Below, piece by piece: positions 16,345 through 32,863 of a DNA stretch of 64,000 bases (within the stretch, counting starts at the first letter, position 1; the number at the start of each line of letters is the position of its first letter). The position numbers and the translations under genes were made by a program. The notes below the pieces were generated by a model. It did no database searches and was not told where the DNA came from. It worked only from the letters and a program-made list of their open reading frames with translations. Origin of the DNA: the human T2T-CHM13v2.0 reference genome, Homo sapiens. The stretch lies in NCBI RefSeq assembly GCF_009914755.1, contig NC_060933.1; one strand, 5' to 3'.

Positions 16345-19300
16345 TCCATATAAGTTTTAACATTGTTATTTGTATTTCTGTGAAAAATGCCATTGGAAGT
16401 TAGATAAATATTTCATTGAATCTGTAGATCATGGTGAGTAGTATGAACATTTTGACAATATTAATTCTTTCAATCCATTATCACAGGGTATTTTCATTTA
16501 TTTGTGTCTTATTTCTTCCATCAATATTTTATAGTTTTCAGTGTATATACCTTTTACCTTATCGATTAAATTTATTTTTTTAATTTTTAAATTTATTTAT
16601 TAAATTTATTTCTAAGTATGTGTTAGGGATTTTTATATATTCGATCATGTCATCTGCAAAGAGAGACAGTTTAACTTCTTTCTTTCCAAACTGGATACCT
16701 TTTATTTCTTTTTCTTGTTGACTAGGATACCCATTTGTATGTTGAATAAAAGTGGTAAGAGTGGGCATCCTTGTCTTGTTCCTGATGTTAGAGGAAAAGT
16801 TTTCAACTTGATTATACAGTGTCTTGGTGATGATCTCTTTATGTTTAATCTATTTGAAATTCTTTGAACTCATTGGCCTGGATTTTCATTTACTTCTCCA
16901 GATTTGGGAAATTTTCTGTTATTTTCTTAAAGAAGGCTTTTTCCTCTTTCTCTTTCTCTGTTCCTTCTAGGACTTTCTTAATGCATATTAGGTTTGCTTG
17001 ATGGTGGCCCATAAATCCTGTCGGTCTTCTTCACTCTTTTCATTCTTTTTTTCTTTTGTTCCTCTGACTGGTTAATTTCAAATAAGCAGTGTTTGAGGTC
17101 ACTGCCTCTTTCTGCTGCTTTATCAAGTTTGCTGTTGAAGATCTCTGAAATTTTTCAGTTCAGTCATTATGTTCTTCAGCTTCAGAATTTCTGTTTGGTT
17201 ATTTTTTATGTCTTCTCTCTGTCACACTTTTCATTTTATTCACACATTGTTTTCCTGATTTTGTTTGGTTGGCTGTGTCTTCCTGTGTAGTTCATTGAGC
17301 TTCTTCAAGCCAATTAGTTTGAATTCTTCTTCAGGAAGTTCATAGATCTCCATTTCTTTAGATTGGTTATGGGTATTACATTCTTTTTGTGATGTCATGT
17401 TTCCCTGATTATTTATGTTCCTTGTGGCTTTGCCTTGGTGTATTCATATTTGAAGAAGTAGGCACCTCTTACAGTCTTTACAGACACTTCAGTGGGAAAT
17501 CCTTTTACCAGTCAGCTTGTCCGGAGATTCTGGGAAGGCCAACTGGCATGGTCCATGGGTGGGATTATTTTAGGGGGCTGGCCTGGTGCCTGGGTGAGTG
17601 GGCATGTGGGTCTGGCTCTTGAGTCTGCAAGGGTTGGCCTGGTGCCTTGGCCTGTGGGGGCAGGCCTATAGCCCCAGTCCACTCAGTGGACTATGAGCAT
17701 GGGTCTACATGGGTGGGTCTGGATCCTGGGTCTGTGGGTGTGGACTGGTTCCTGGGTCTGAGGTGACTGGCCTGGTACCAGAGCCCACTAGAGTAGACTT
17801 GGTCTTCAGGGATAGGCCTGGAGCCTGAGTCCATAAGGCCAATCTGGCACTGGGAAGGGCCTTGAGCCTGAGTTCATAGGGGCTATTCTGGTACTGGGTG
17901 GGCCCAGAACCTGAGTTTATGAGGCTGGGTTCAGCATAGAATCTATGGCAGCAGCCTGGCCCTAGGGTCAACTGAGACAGGCCTCATATCTGATTCCATT
18001 GGGAAAAGCCTAGTACCTAAGACCATGAAAACAGGCCTGGAATTGGGTCCATAGGGGTTGGCCTTATGTTGGAGCCTGGAGCTGCAGGGGCCATCCTGGA
18101 GCTTGAAGGTGTGGGTGCCAGCATGGCTCTGGATGGGCCTGTTGCCTGAGGTCATGTGAGCTGGCCTGGGGCCTGGAGGCCACAAGGGCTGGTCTAGATC
18201 TTGGGGCCACAGAGGCTAACCTGGTGCAGGTATTGGCCTGCAGCTTGGGGATGCAAAGGTTGACCTGGTGCTGGGGCGAACCTGGAAGCTGAATTGGTGC
18301 TGGGGTGAGCCTGGAAGTTAAGTCTATGAAAATGAGCCACATATTGAGACCACAGGGATCAGTCTGGCATTAGGCACACTGGTATTAGGGCACACTGGTA
18401 CCTGATTCCATGGGAACAGGTCTGGTGCCTGAGACCATGAAGGTGGATCTGTAGCCTGGAACAATGGGACCGGCTTTGTGCCAAGATTCACTGGTAGGAG
18501 TCTGGTGCCAAAATCCATGTGAGAGTCAGGCACTCACTTCACTTTCCTTTCCCCATGCAAAAGGTATCTCTCTCTCAACTGTGATGTGTAAGCTTGGGGT
18601 AGACGTCACACTGGTAATGCAATACTGTCCTTCTTACCTTATTCAATGTGCCTTTTCTTATTTCTGTACTCTGTCCAGGTGCTATAATCTCTGACCTGGA
18701 TTCCTTAGCTCTTGCAAAGGTATTTTCATTCATGGATGGTTGTTCAAATTGATTTTTCTGTGAGGAGATGAGTGCTGAAAATGCCTATTTCACCATCTTG
18801 CTGATGTCACACTGAAAATTCAAATTCTGTCTTATGATGCTGGTTTATGGATGGCTTTATAGAAGCCCGTCCTGTAAAGAGAGAGGGAATTAACACATTC
18901 CAAGCAGAGGAAATGGCAATGGATGGAAGAACTCAGTGGGTTCAGGAAACTGAAATAATGGATATAAATCTCCAATATATAGAATACAGAGTGACAAAGA
19001 GGCCAGGACAGTTAATGGTGGGGATGGAGTGGGTGGGTGATCAGCCATAGGCAACCTTGAATGTCATGGTCTGTAGGTAAAAACAATAAATGGTCTCATA
19101 TTTTTAAAATATAAAATGTATAAAATGATTTCAAAAGTCACCAGGTGATAGATGCAATTCTAAAAAAAATGTAGATCTTTAGAAAGGTTATTAAAGCGAC
19201 TAAATGAGCAAGTTCCAGATTTTAACTGATTCTAGAGGTTTGGATATAAAATGAGATATTTCATATTTGGCTTGCTTGTACTGAACATTTACTGACAGAT

Positions 19301-19987
19301 GTGCTTTTCTTCTGAACTAATTCTACCATGTGTGTGCTAATAAATTTTATGTAAAAACGTGTCCACAGTCAATTACATCTGGTAAACGCTAATTTGAAAC
19401 AAAAGTCTTCTTTGAACCCTTAACCTGGTAAACATTTAAAATCTCCAAAAATAATGTAGAAATGCAGCAGTTACTACGTTTACTTGACCATTGCTAATTC
19501 TTTTATTGAAGCATCTTGAAAGATTAGATTTTAGGTCACAATATCTGGGTATTTTTGGTTCTAAGAGATAATAGAGACTGTACAACAACAAATGTCACTA
19601 TAGGGTATTACTTGTTGTGGTAAACTATTTCTGTTATTTATTTCCTGTTGAATTAATTTAGAAAATCATATTCTGAAAGAACGCAGTATACACTTTATTT
19701 TCTGTGGCAGAGTTGGTAGATTGAATAAAGCGACTTATTTGCATGTTGGTTCCAGCAAATGGGGTTGTCACCTGGCTGTGAGAGCAGCAGGAGCTAGCTC
19801 AGGCCTGGCATAGAGAAAGAGGGCAGGGACTGATCCTCCAGCAGGCAGGAGCCGCTGCTTGCTCTGGCTCACTTTAGTACATTTTAGCAGAGAAATGCCT
19901 GCAATCCATATGGATTATAGCAGACAGCACGTTAATTAGGCTCTACATTATGGTGATCAATTATTTTTAAAAATATACCTCAGGCCA

Positions 19988-20556
<569 letters not shown>

Positions 20557-21719
20557 TGTCTCATTCTGATGTTACCCAATTTGTTGGCAAAAGCCTGTTA
20601 GACGCTTGGTTTTCCTGACTTCAAGGCCCTTGTACTTCATCCTTCATGCCCTTGAATCTGCCCTTTTGTATTAGGTTTAATTTGTCATTTGAGCTGACTA
20701 AGTTTCAGAAATCTTAGGCAGATTTTAAGTAAACTGAATAAAAAATAGTCCATTCTCTCAAATTTGGATTTTCTTTCTCTAGTTAAAATGGTAGCATTTT
20801 CATAACAGTTTAGTAGAGAAAATAATTTCATAAAAAGGGAGTTTTTTAAAAAATCACATCTCTTTATGAATATAGTGCCATGCCAAAGGCATGTACCTTT
20901 TCTCCTAAACTAGGGCTTTTTAGGGTTATATAGAAAGAATCTTCACAGTCTAAAGCATTTTGAGTATGTTGTGGGCCAGAATACATTAACTGATAATTTA
21001 CTATGCATGAATCAATTGACTAATGTGTCAATGAAGGACAGATAGCAAGCAAACACCTGCCTACTATAATTTATTACTCAATATAAATGAAACTTATCAC
21101 ATTCTCTTTTTCTGATTACCAGAAAAAAAAATCCTTTTAGTTCATTTTGGAAGAAAATTGAAACCTACATTAAAAGCATTATAATTTTTGGTAAAATATA
21201 CCCTTGAGCAAATATATGATATGAAAAATGTTAATTGTAAGTTGGCTGTCATTCCTACCTAACGTGTAGTTTATCTCAACACAAAGCTGAGCAGCCAAGC
21301 ACAAAGATAATGCTAATTTTTTATAGCCATTAATAGTTAATGCTAGAAAAACTGTCATATTTTGTTTTAAAATATTCCCTAGAATGTAGTATTTCATATC
21401 TATGACATTTCATAGGAATACAAAAATGCATACCTCTCAACATTTATAACAACAACAAAATCCTTCAGGTGTGATATTTTGGCAAAAATAAGGAAGAAAG
21501 TTCCAACTTTTGAATAAATTAATCTTTAGTACTTTTTCTTATAGTTGAAAAATGAGACAGAAAAATTCTTGTGTAAGACTAGACAAATATTAAACTGCTT
21601 TCACATTTTGTCTTAATTACTCACTTGGTTACATTCCTATTGAAGAAAAAGTATATCAGTGAGTCAGTAAGGCACCAAGATGTCAAAGCATTAATACTAC
21701 AGAATAAAAAAGCCTAATA

Positions 21720-22550
21720 AATACAAATGTCCACAGAACTATTTGTACACAAATGTTTATGGCAGCTTTATTTTTAATAGTAAGAAATGAGCCTAGATGT
21801 TCATCAACTGTTGAATAGATAAATGATTGTAGTATAACCGTCCAATGGAATAGTAATCCAATATTTAAAAGGAATGAACTATTAATGCAAATGAGTTAAT
21901 TTCAAAATAAATATGGTGGCCAGGTGTGGTGGCTCATGCCTGTAATCCCATCACTTTGGGAGGCCAAGGTGGGCAGACCACGCGGTCAGGAGATTGAGAC
22001 CATCCTGGCTTACACATGGTGAAACCCCGTCTTTACTAAAAATACAAAAAATTAGTCGGGCATGGTGGCAGGCACCTGTAGTCCAGCTACTCAGGAGGCT
22101 GAGGCAGGAGAATGGCATGAACCTGGGAGGCAGAGCTTGCAGTGAGCCGAGATCATGCCACTGCACTCCAGCCTGGGCGACAGAACGAGACTCCATCTCA
22201 AAAAAATAAATAAATTAAATAAAATAAATAAATACGGTGAGTGAAAAAAGGCAGGCAAAAAGAGTACATACTGTAAAAATTGTATTTCTATGAAATTCTA
22301 GAAAATTCAAACCAATCTACAGTGACAGAAAAGAAATAGTTGCCTAAGAAGGAGTGGGTACAAAGTGATTACAAAAACAAGCATTGCCAAAGGACAAAGG
22401 AAACTTGAGAGTGTGGTGGATGAGTTCCCCTCCTTGAGAGTGGTGTTGTTTTCATGGATGTATGTATGTGCCTATGCTTGTTAAATTGTATACTTTATAC
22501 GTGTGCAGTTAATTTTACATAAATTTTAACCTCATCAAGCCTGTTAATAA
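21720..22550 (+). mobile_element. L1ME/MD 3' fragment containing an AluY-like element at 21918-22231
   Basis: Old L1 3' motifs; Alu TSD aaataaata(t/c)ggt. Confidence 0.75.
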
Positions 22551-22759
22551 AAGGTTTTTTTTAGATAAATATTAAGGGGAGAAATTGTTCTACCTGTAAC
22601 CATGGTTGACCAAGATACATTTTCTTGTCACCATTACTAAAATAGTTATAGTGGACATATCTATTTGGATATGTGCTGGCATCTTACTCCCAACATATGT
22701 AAATCTTAACTGAAAACAAAGGACTGATTTTTAAAGAATGAGGCTTGTAGTGTGAAGCT

Positions 22760-22890
22760 AAATGGGCTCTCTAAAACAAAAGGAATGAAACCCCTGATTT
22801 GTAGCATTTGCTGATTTCTATTGTGTAAATTATCTCACCATGACTTTTATTACAAAGGATATATCTAATACCTGGCTGGTAAAATTCTCA
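22760..22890 (+). mobile_element. MER63-like hAT fragment
   Basis: ccctgatttgtagcatttgctgatttc..tgtaaat..caccatg. Confidence 0.5.
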
Positions 22891-23129
22891 GATAGCTTCT
22901 CGGGAACACCTTCTATGACCAGTCAAGGTAAAGCTGAATTTCTTCTACCCATGGGTTACTCTCTTACCTGTGGACCTGCCTTTTCTTCTCAATTGACCTA
23001 TAACACATTTATGTTTTTGTTTGAAATAGTCTCCCTATATTGGAATAGAGCCCCTTGGGAGCACTGACTCCAGCTCACGCCTATGTTCCCTTTACCAAGA
23101 AGGTCTCAACTCACAAAAGTGTTCAACAA

Positions 23130-24430
23130 TTATTTATTTATTCTCCCAACAAATGTTTTGGACTGGGTGTGGAGCTGGGGGTAAAGAGGTGAGCAAATTA
23201 GACATAAATTTGACCTTAAGGAACATATAGTCTATTCAGGGAGAGCTACTTTAATCAAATGCACAAATATTGGCAAAATTAAAGCTGTGATTAGTGATTT
23301 TAAAAAGACATATGATTCATTGGAAGCATAAAATAGCAGAACCTGACTTACTCTAGGGAGTCAGGATTGCTTCTCTGAGGAATGACATTTGAGCTGAGAT
23401 CTGCAGGATGAAAAAAATTAATGTGAGAGTTTTTGTAGTGAGAAGAGCAATTCAGAAAGTAGAACTGGCTTATGTGAAATCGCTGTGTCAGGAGAGCAAG
23501 GAGTTTTGGGGGCCTGAGTGAAGGCTGGTGTGGCACAGTGAGCAGAGTGGGGAGCCCTGTGCATGGTGACTTGCGGGGACACAGAAAGACCGTACAGGAT
23601 TTTAGAGGCCTAGCTGAGTCTTTGGACTTTATCTCCTGGGCATTGGAATAACCAGAAGTCCTTGACACCACTGAGATAATGGGAACACATTAACACCATT
23701 TTGACCTGTGGATGACATGATCAGGCTTCCATCTCAAAGATAACTGTGGATACATTGGGGATAATAGACAGGAAGGGGTCTGATATGGTTTGGCTCTGTG
23801 TTCCCACCCAAATCTCATGTTGAATTGTAGTCCCCAATATTGGAGGAGGAACCTGGTGGGAGGTTATTGGACTATGGAGGCAGATCTCTCCTTGCTGTTT
23901 TCATGATAGTGAGTGAGTTCTCACGAGATCTGGTTGTGTGAAAGTGGGCAGCACCTCTCCCTTGGCTCTCTCTCTCCCTTCTGCCAGCCATGTGAAGATG
24001 TGGTTGCTTCCCTTTGGCCTTCAGCCATGATTGTAAATTTTCTGAGTCCTCTCCAACTATGCTTTCTGTACAGCCTGTGGAACTGTGAGTCAATTAAACC
24101 TCTTTTCTTCATAAATTACCCAGTCTCAGGTAGTTCTTTATAGCAGTGTGAGAACAGACTAATACCAGCATCAAGAGTAGCTGGGCGAGATCAGCTGGCC
24201 ACATGATGGTGTCACTGTGCCCAGGGAGTTGATGGTGGTTAATACAGATAAATTCTAGAGATAAAATTGACTTGATTAAGAAGACATGAATGTGAGGAAG
24301 ACAGAAGAGTCAGGAATGTCTTTTAGGCTTCTCAACTGCAAAGATGGCAGTTATTTTTGACTCTGAAATTAAGAATAATCACCAAGAGGGGGTAGGAGGA
24401 GAGATGGTGACTTTGGCTTTACATACTGTT
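23130..24430 (-). mobile_element. L2 fragment interrupted by a MaLR LTR
   Basis: L2 motifs such as tgacatttgagctgagatctg and gactttatctcct. Confidence 0.6.
23781..24166 (+). mobile_element. MSTA/THE1D-type MaLR solo LTR
   Basis: tgatatggtttggctctgtg...gaacagactaatac. Confidence 0.9.
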
Positions 24431-24708
24431 CTCATGCTTGCTCTCATGTTATTAGAGTCTGCGTTACTGCTCCTGGAAAAAATCTTCATCTCCAAATTAT
24501 AAAAATATGCTTGGTAAAATGCCTGTTAAATTTGAGAGAGACTACAATTTCCTAACAGCATAGTCTAAAACAGTTCTGAAGAATTACTTTAAAATGTTCC
24601 TTATAACCTTCATTATACTACCAAATAGTAATTTATTCATACTTGTCTTTATGACTGAGTGGGAGAATTTAGAACTCAAGATTTTAAAAAAAATAATATT
24701 TATCATAC

Positions 24709-25105
24709 AGGCTGAATAAAGAAAATGTGGTACATATACACCATGGAATACTATGCAGCCAGAACAAAGAGGAGGATCATGTCCTCTTCAGCAACATCGA
24801 TGGAGTTGGAGGCCATTATCCTTAGCAAACTAACCCAGAAACAGAAAACCAAATACCGCTTGTTGTCACTTATAAGTGGGAGCTAAATGATGATAACACA
24901 TGGACACATAGAGGGGAGCAACACACACTGGGGCCTCTCAGAGGGTGGAGAGTGGGAGGAGGGAGAGATTCAGGAAAAATAACTAATGGGTACTAGGCTT
25001 AATACCTGGTGATGAAATAGTCTGTACAACAAACACCCATGACACAAGTTTCCCTATGTGATAAAACTGTACATGTCACACTGAAGTTAAAAGTTAAATA
25101 AAATT
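24709..25105 (+). mobile_element. L1PA13-16-type 3' end, 5'-truncated
   Basis: aaagaaaatgtggtacatatacaccatggaatac...aggaaaaataactaatgggtactaggc. Confidence 0.9.
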
Positions 25106-25109
25106 ATCA

Positions 25110-25412
<303 letters not shown>

Positions 25413-26213
25413 TTAAGTCATGGTATGAACAAGTGATATATTGTCTAAAAATACTTCTCTGTAAGATGCTTTAAAATTTTAATTATTAAGTTGCCATCAT
25501 TTCTATGGGAAAATCTTATATTATTTGACCTAAAGCACAAATACCAGCACTTAAATATGAGTAAGTAAAAGCAGATAAATAATATAATTGCTTTCCATTT
25601 ACACTCAGGTTAGAGGCAACCTCAGTGATTTGAGGAGGTGGTAGTGATTGGGCTTTTCTATAAAATGTTTATTTAAACATTTATAGAAAATAAAATGCTA
25701 AATCAAATAGGATTTAAACTTAACAATAAACAAAATAACTGAATAATTGTGAAGTTTTTATCTTTTATCTCCATGACTTTTGCTCCATGAAGATAGTCAG
25801 ATACAAACACTATGCCAGTATCAGAAATTAAAATTGTATACTTATTTTACCTTTTGATTTCAATTTTTGAAGGAAAAAAATATGAGGTTACTTCAGAAAA
25901 AAATGTGTCAAAAAGATGTATTTTTTTGTTTTGCACAATTTTTAATTAGGACAGAAGTAGAAGCTGCTCTTAATAACTTTTCACTGACCCGGAGCCACTT
26001 GGAAAAGTCCTACAGAGGTGAAAAAACAAAAAAACAAAAAAGCAAGAAAACCACACCTCCTCTGAAGTGAGTCTGTCATTAAAGACAATTCAAACTCACT
26101 CCAACGCAGACATTTAGTGACTCAGACATGACACTTTATTGTGTGTGAGACAGGATGGGTAATGGGAACTGGGGTTAGAATCTCTAAGCAACAATTATGA
26201 AAAATGAATTACC

Positions 26214-26521
26214 GGCTGGGCGCAGTGGCTCACGCCTGTAATCCCAGAACTTGGGGAGGCCGAGGTGGGTGAATCACGAGGACAGGAGATCGAGACTATC
26301 CTGGCTAACACGGTGAAACCCCATCTCTATTAAAAATACAAAAAATTAGCCGGGCATGATGGTGGGCGCCTGTAGTCTCAGCTACTCAGGAGACTGAGGC
26401 AGGAGAATGGCGTGAACCTGGGAGGCGGTGCTTGCAGTGAGCCAAGATCGCGCCACTGCACTCCAGCCAGGGCGACAAAGCGAGACTCCGTCTAAAAAAA
26501 AAAAAAAAAAAGGAAAAGAAG
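26214..26521 (+). mobile_element. AluY
   Basis: Full dimer; TSD aatgaattacc. Confidence 0.95.
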
Positions 26522-27107
26522 AATGAATTACCACTGGATAAATTAATGAGAATCAGTATAAACTAAAATGTGGGATTCTAATGCTTTGCATTTGTTAACT
26601 TTTCCCTTTTACCGCATGTGAATTAACACATCTACAAAGACCACCGAAAAGAATATGCACGGTCATCATTTTATTCATCTATGAAAATTACTTCTGAGGA
26701 ACTATCTACTAAACATTTTTGTGGACATGTCATAGTATAGTGACTTTAAAAAATCTTTGTTTTCTTAAACTTCCATGCTAAGATAATGTTTCATTCAAAA
26801 ACTAAAAGAGTGTTCATTAATAGTAATCTAGGTGGGCATGCTATTTCTTTTTATAAAAAATTTTACTACTTATTTCTCAACATTTGAAGAGTGTATTTAG
26901 TTTCTGACTATTTAAGAACATGTATACCTGCCCCCTAAGAAAATAAATAATCAACATTTTAATTTTGAAATAAATTGTACTGTGTTTTAATTATCAGTCT
27001 TGGTCCAAGCGTATCTGCAAATATTTCTTTTATTTAATTAAGTACATCATTCTAATTTTCATATTTCAAGCTCAAACTTTTCCCATATTTCTAGTTTTCT
27101 ACTGTCA

Positions 27108-27832
<725 letters not shown>

Positions 27833-28956
27833 CTGAAACTTGCTTGGGGCCCTCTCAAGATAACACCTACAATCTTAATCCACACCTAAATTATCAAATT
27901 CAGTAAGTAGCTTTCCTGAATCTCAATTTCAGTTTTCCTGTGCATAGAAAATGCTCAAATCCCAAGTCCGTATTTTCCATGTCCTGAGAAAAGCAGATGT
28001 CAGGAGGGTGTGGGGTGACTCACGGGTTAAAATCTGGGTAAGCAGCAGGATAGGGGCAGCGAATGAGCAAGGGATTTTGGAGCAAGAATGCCTGTTCTGT
28101 GTTCTGTGAAGTGGGGGCCAGGCGAGTGAAGATGCATAGACTAGACAGGAGAGACAGGGTCTCTGTGGTCCCCTCACGGTGCCACACGTCCTCCTGGATT
28201 TCTGAAATGGGGAATGTGGAGCGTTGAGGTCCAGGGGTATCCAGGGGCCTTATATGTTCTATAGATATAAAGGGATAGAGTTCTTAATCAATTGTTATAC
28301 TTGCCTCTCTATTACAGAAATCTGCAATGACAGCTTTACTGATTTCTGTTTTGAATCCATTTAACCCCTGAGATCGAAAACATTTTGCTGGCCTTAAATG
28401 ACCGTCTACAGAAAGCTTTAATAAATAAATTCTACTGAAGTCTGCACAGTTCTCCTACCCATACCAAGTGTGAATTTTTGTATGTATGTTGAATGTGAAT
28501 ATGTTACAAGATTATCTAGAAAAATCTGGACTATCTATAACAACCTTCCTGGATTACATGGGAAGAAGAGGGCTAGTCTGCCGGAATGGTGCTTCCAGAG
28601 CAGTGTATGTCAGTCATGTGGACTCACTCAGCAGCATCCTTGGGCCCAGCTCCTGCTGCAGGCTCTGGAGGGATGCAGGAGACTATGGCCCAAGGCCTGC
28701 CTCCCGTTCTTTGGGACCTCACAACCCTGCTGGGGAGACCTGAAACCCCACCTCCAAAGACAGCAGAGCCTGGACTGACTGAGGGTCTGGCTCTCCCTCT
28801 GCTTCTCTGTGAAACAGTACTAATCATTTCATGTCTCTGGGAATTTTTCTGTTAAATAAAGGACCAGATTTCATGATTAGCAGGATTCTTTCAAACTCCA
28901 AAATTCTCTTTCTATGAGGGCAAGACAGCATATAATAAAATTTCACAGTATGATAA

Positions 28957-29560
28957 TGTAGGGGTAGAAAAGATGTGAAATCTTTCCTTACCCATCATAA
29001 AGGTCACAGGCGACACTCCTATAACAAAAGACAGGTTAGCAAAAGTAATGCATGATACATTCATTTAATCAAAGTTTTACATGACATGGAGTCTTCAGAA
29101 ATGAAGACCCAAAGACCCAGGGGAAACTGTCTATTTTAATGCTTAGGTTCAATGAAGAATGGGCAGCCACGTGCAAAGGTGATTGGACATCTCTTCAGAT
29201 TCTTCTTGGCCTTTCTGTATGACATTCCTTTCCCTCGGTGTAAAGCAGGACCGCTCTGGAACCAGGGTCTTGTGATCTGCTATCAAACAAGGTAGGTCAG
29301 AGAATTTCTTCATGGCCAGCTGCCACACGGAAAGGCAAGGAAGGTTAGAGTGATATTTCCAGGGTGTCACGGCTTGCTTTGGGCAAGAAGAATTCTGGTT
29401 TCCAGGACTCACTTCAGGGGAAAAGTAGGGGGTGGAAGACAGGAAGGCAGGAGAAGGTCAGAGGGAAACTTGGCTTCTGGGGCCTTCAGTCTCCTTTAGT
29501 TCAAAGCACTCTGGATGCCAAAGCGTCATACTTTGGAGTATAATTTTATGAGCCCCAGCA
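28957..29560 (-). mobile_element. MER39/MER34-group ERV1 solo LTR
   Basis: TG...CA termini; 4-bp TSD ataa (28953-28956 and 29561-29564). Confidence 0.8.
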
Positions 29561-30250
29561 ATAACAGTCTTTGTGGGAATTCAGAGAATGGAGAGGATGT
29601 GTGAGCTGAAAAAGAATGAAGGAAGAGACGTCAACTAAAGTCAGCTTTTACCCACGTGGCAAGCATCGTTCTCTTTGGTTTTATGGAACAACAGTTGTGA
29701 AACTGGGCAACTTTCAGACAGACCATTTCATTCCTTCAGTAAATATCTAAGCTCTTATTATTGTCTTAAGGTTCAAAACAGGTGTCCCCATCCCATCTGG
29801 CCCCTAAAAAGGATATGTACTTAGTTAAAGAATACAAGACAGGGAATTTGAAGAATGACATTTTCCCCCCAAAGGCCAAATTTCTAACTTTGTGGTTCTT
29901 TCTAATGAGCTGTCTGTAGCTCAAGCCATACCCCTAGCAGCTGGATGATAAAAAAAAGGCTGTTTATTTGATCCTCAGACCGGAGAGGAGCACTAGTGAT
30001 TTCTTTCCCTGCTTTACTGGCCCTGAGAAGAATACAACTTCTCGCTTGCACTCTGATTAGCAGCAGGTAGAAGAAAAAAGCTAATGTTAGAACTTTTCCC
30101 CTGTCCCTGATGCTCCAGACACTGATTCAGCAGAGGTGAAAGGAACCGTTTTCATTGTTCAGAGCTATAGATTTATGAAAATTGCTTCTTTTGATAGGCA
30201 GCCAGGCATGAAGCAGCCTTCTGCTTCTAGTCTCAAAAAAAAAAAAATAC

Positions 30251-30390
30251 TGAGGGCTAATGATGTAAATCGAAGATATTGCCATATTTCCTGGATTTGG
30301 ATCTCATTGCTACTCCTAGAGCAAAGAATGGTTCCTATGACTGAAGACAGAAACCATACAATGCATTCAACATTCTGTCTTTGGTAATCC
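30251..30390 (-). pseudogene. Candidate GPCR-like pseudogene, exon C (TM4, ECL2)
   Basis: Acceptor ggctttcAG (phase 2), GTATTT donor; open frame DYQRQNVECIVWFLSSVIGTILCSRSSNEIQIQEIWQYLRFTSLAL with a TM4-like C.VW.LS motif. Confidence 0.5.
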
Positions 30391-30885
30391 CTGAAAGCCA
30401 CACTAGAAATTTAGGATTGTGTTAGCTGTAGGAAGGAAATCTGAAGTTCCCATGGAGAAAGGCAAGTCAAAGTGCAAATGTTGAAGCTGCCGTTTTTCTC
30501 CATCAGCTTTCTTGGGAATTGAGGTAGGGACTTAAAACTGTTTTCACTAATGGCTCTTTAGTGCATCATAGTGAGTTTTTTATTCTTCCCATTAGAACTG
30601 AAAAATCTAACATGCTGCTGCCTTCACACCTCGTTTTCTGTCTTCATTAGGAAAGTAAATAGTGGCATGCAGGAAGCCTGGTGTAGACTAAATCCTACTT
30701 GCCAGGAGGCTCTGCTGAGGTGGCTATTTAGAGGAAGAGAAAGAGCCCTGGACCCCAACTCAGAGGAAGAGTCAGGGCTATGTTTCCAATAGGATGGGAG
30801 CGGCAACAGATGGCTTTGCACTTCTGGGTCAAGGGACTTCATCTGTGAAATGAGAGGGTGGGAGTGGGCAATTCTTGCAGGAATT

Positions 30886-32863
<1,978 letters not shown>

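Noticed and set aside
21264-21345. Minus-strand AG..GT segment with a hydrophobic, signal-peptide-like reading
   Set aside because: Nothing links it to the lectin exons; chance level.
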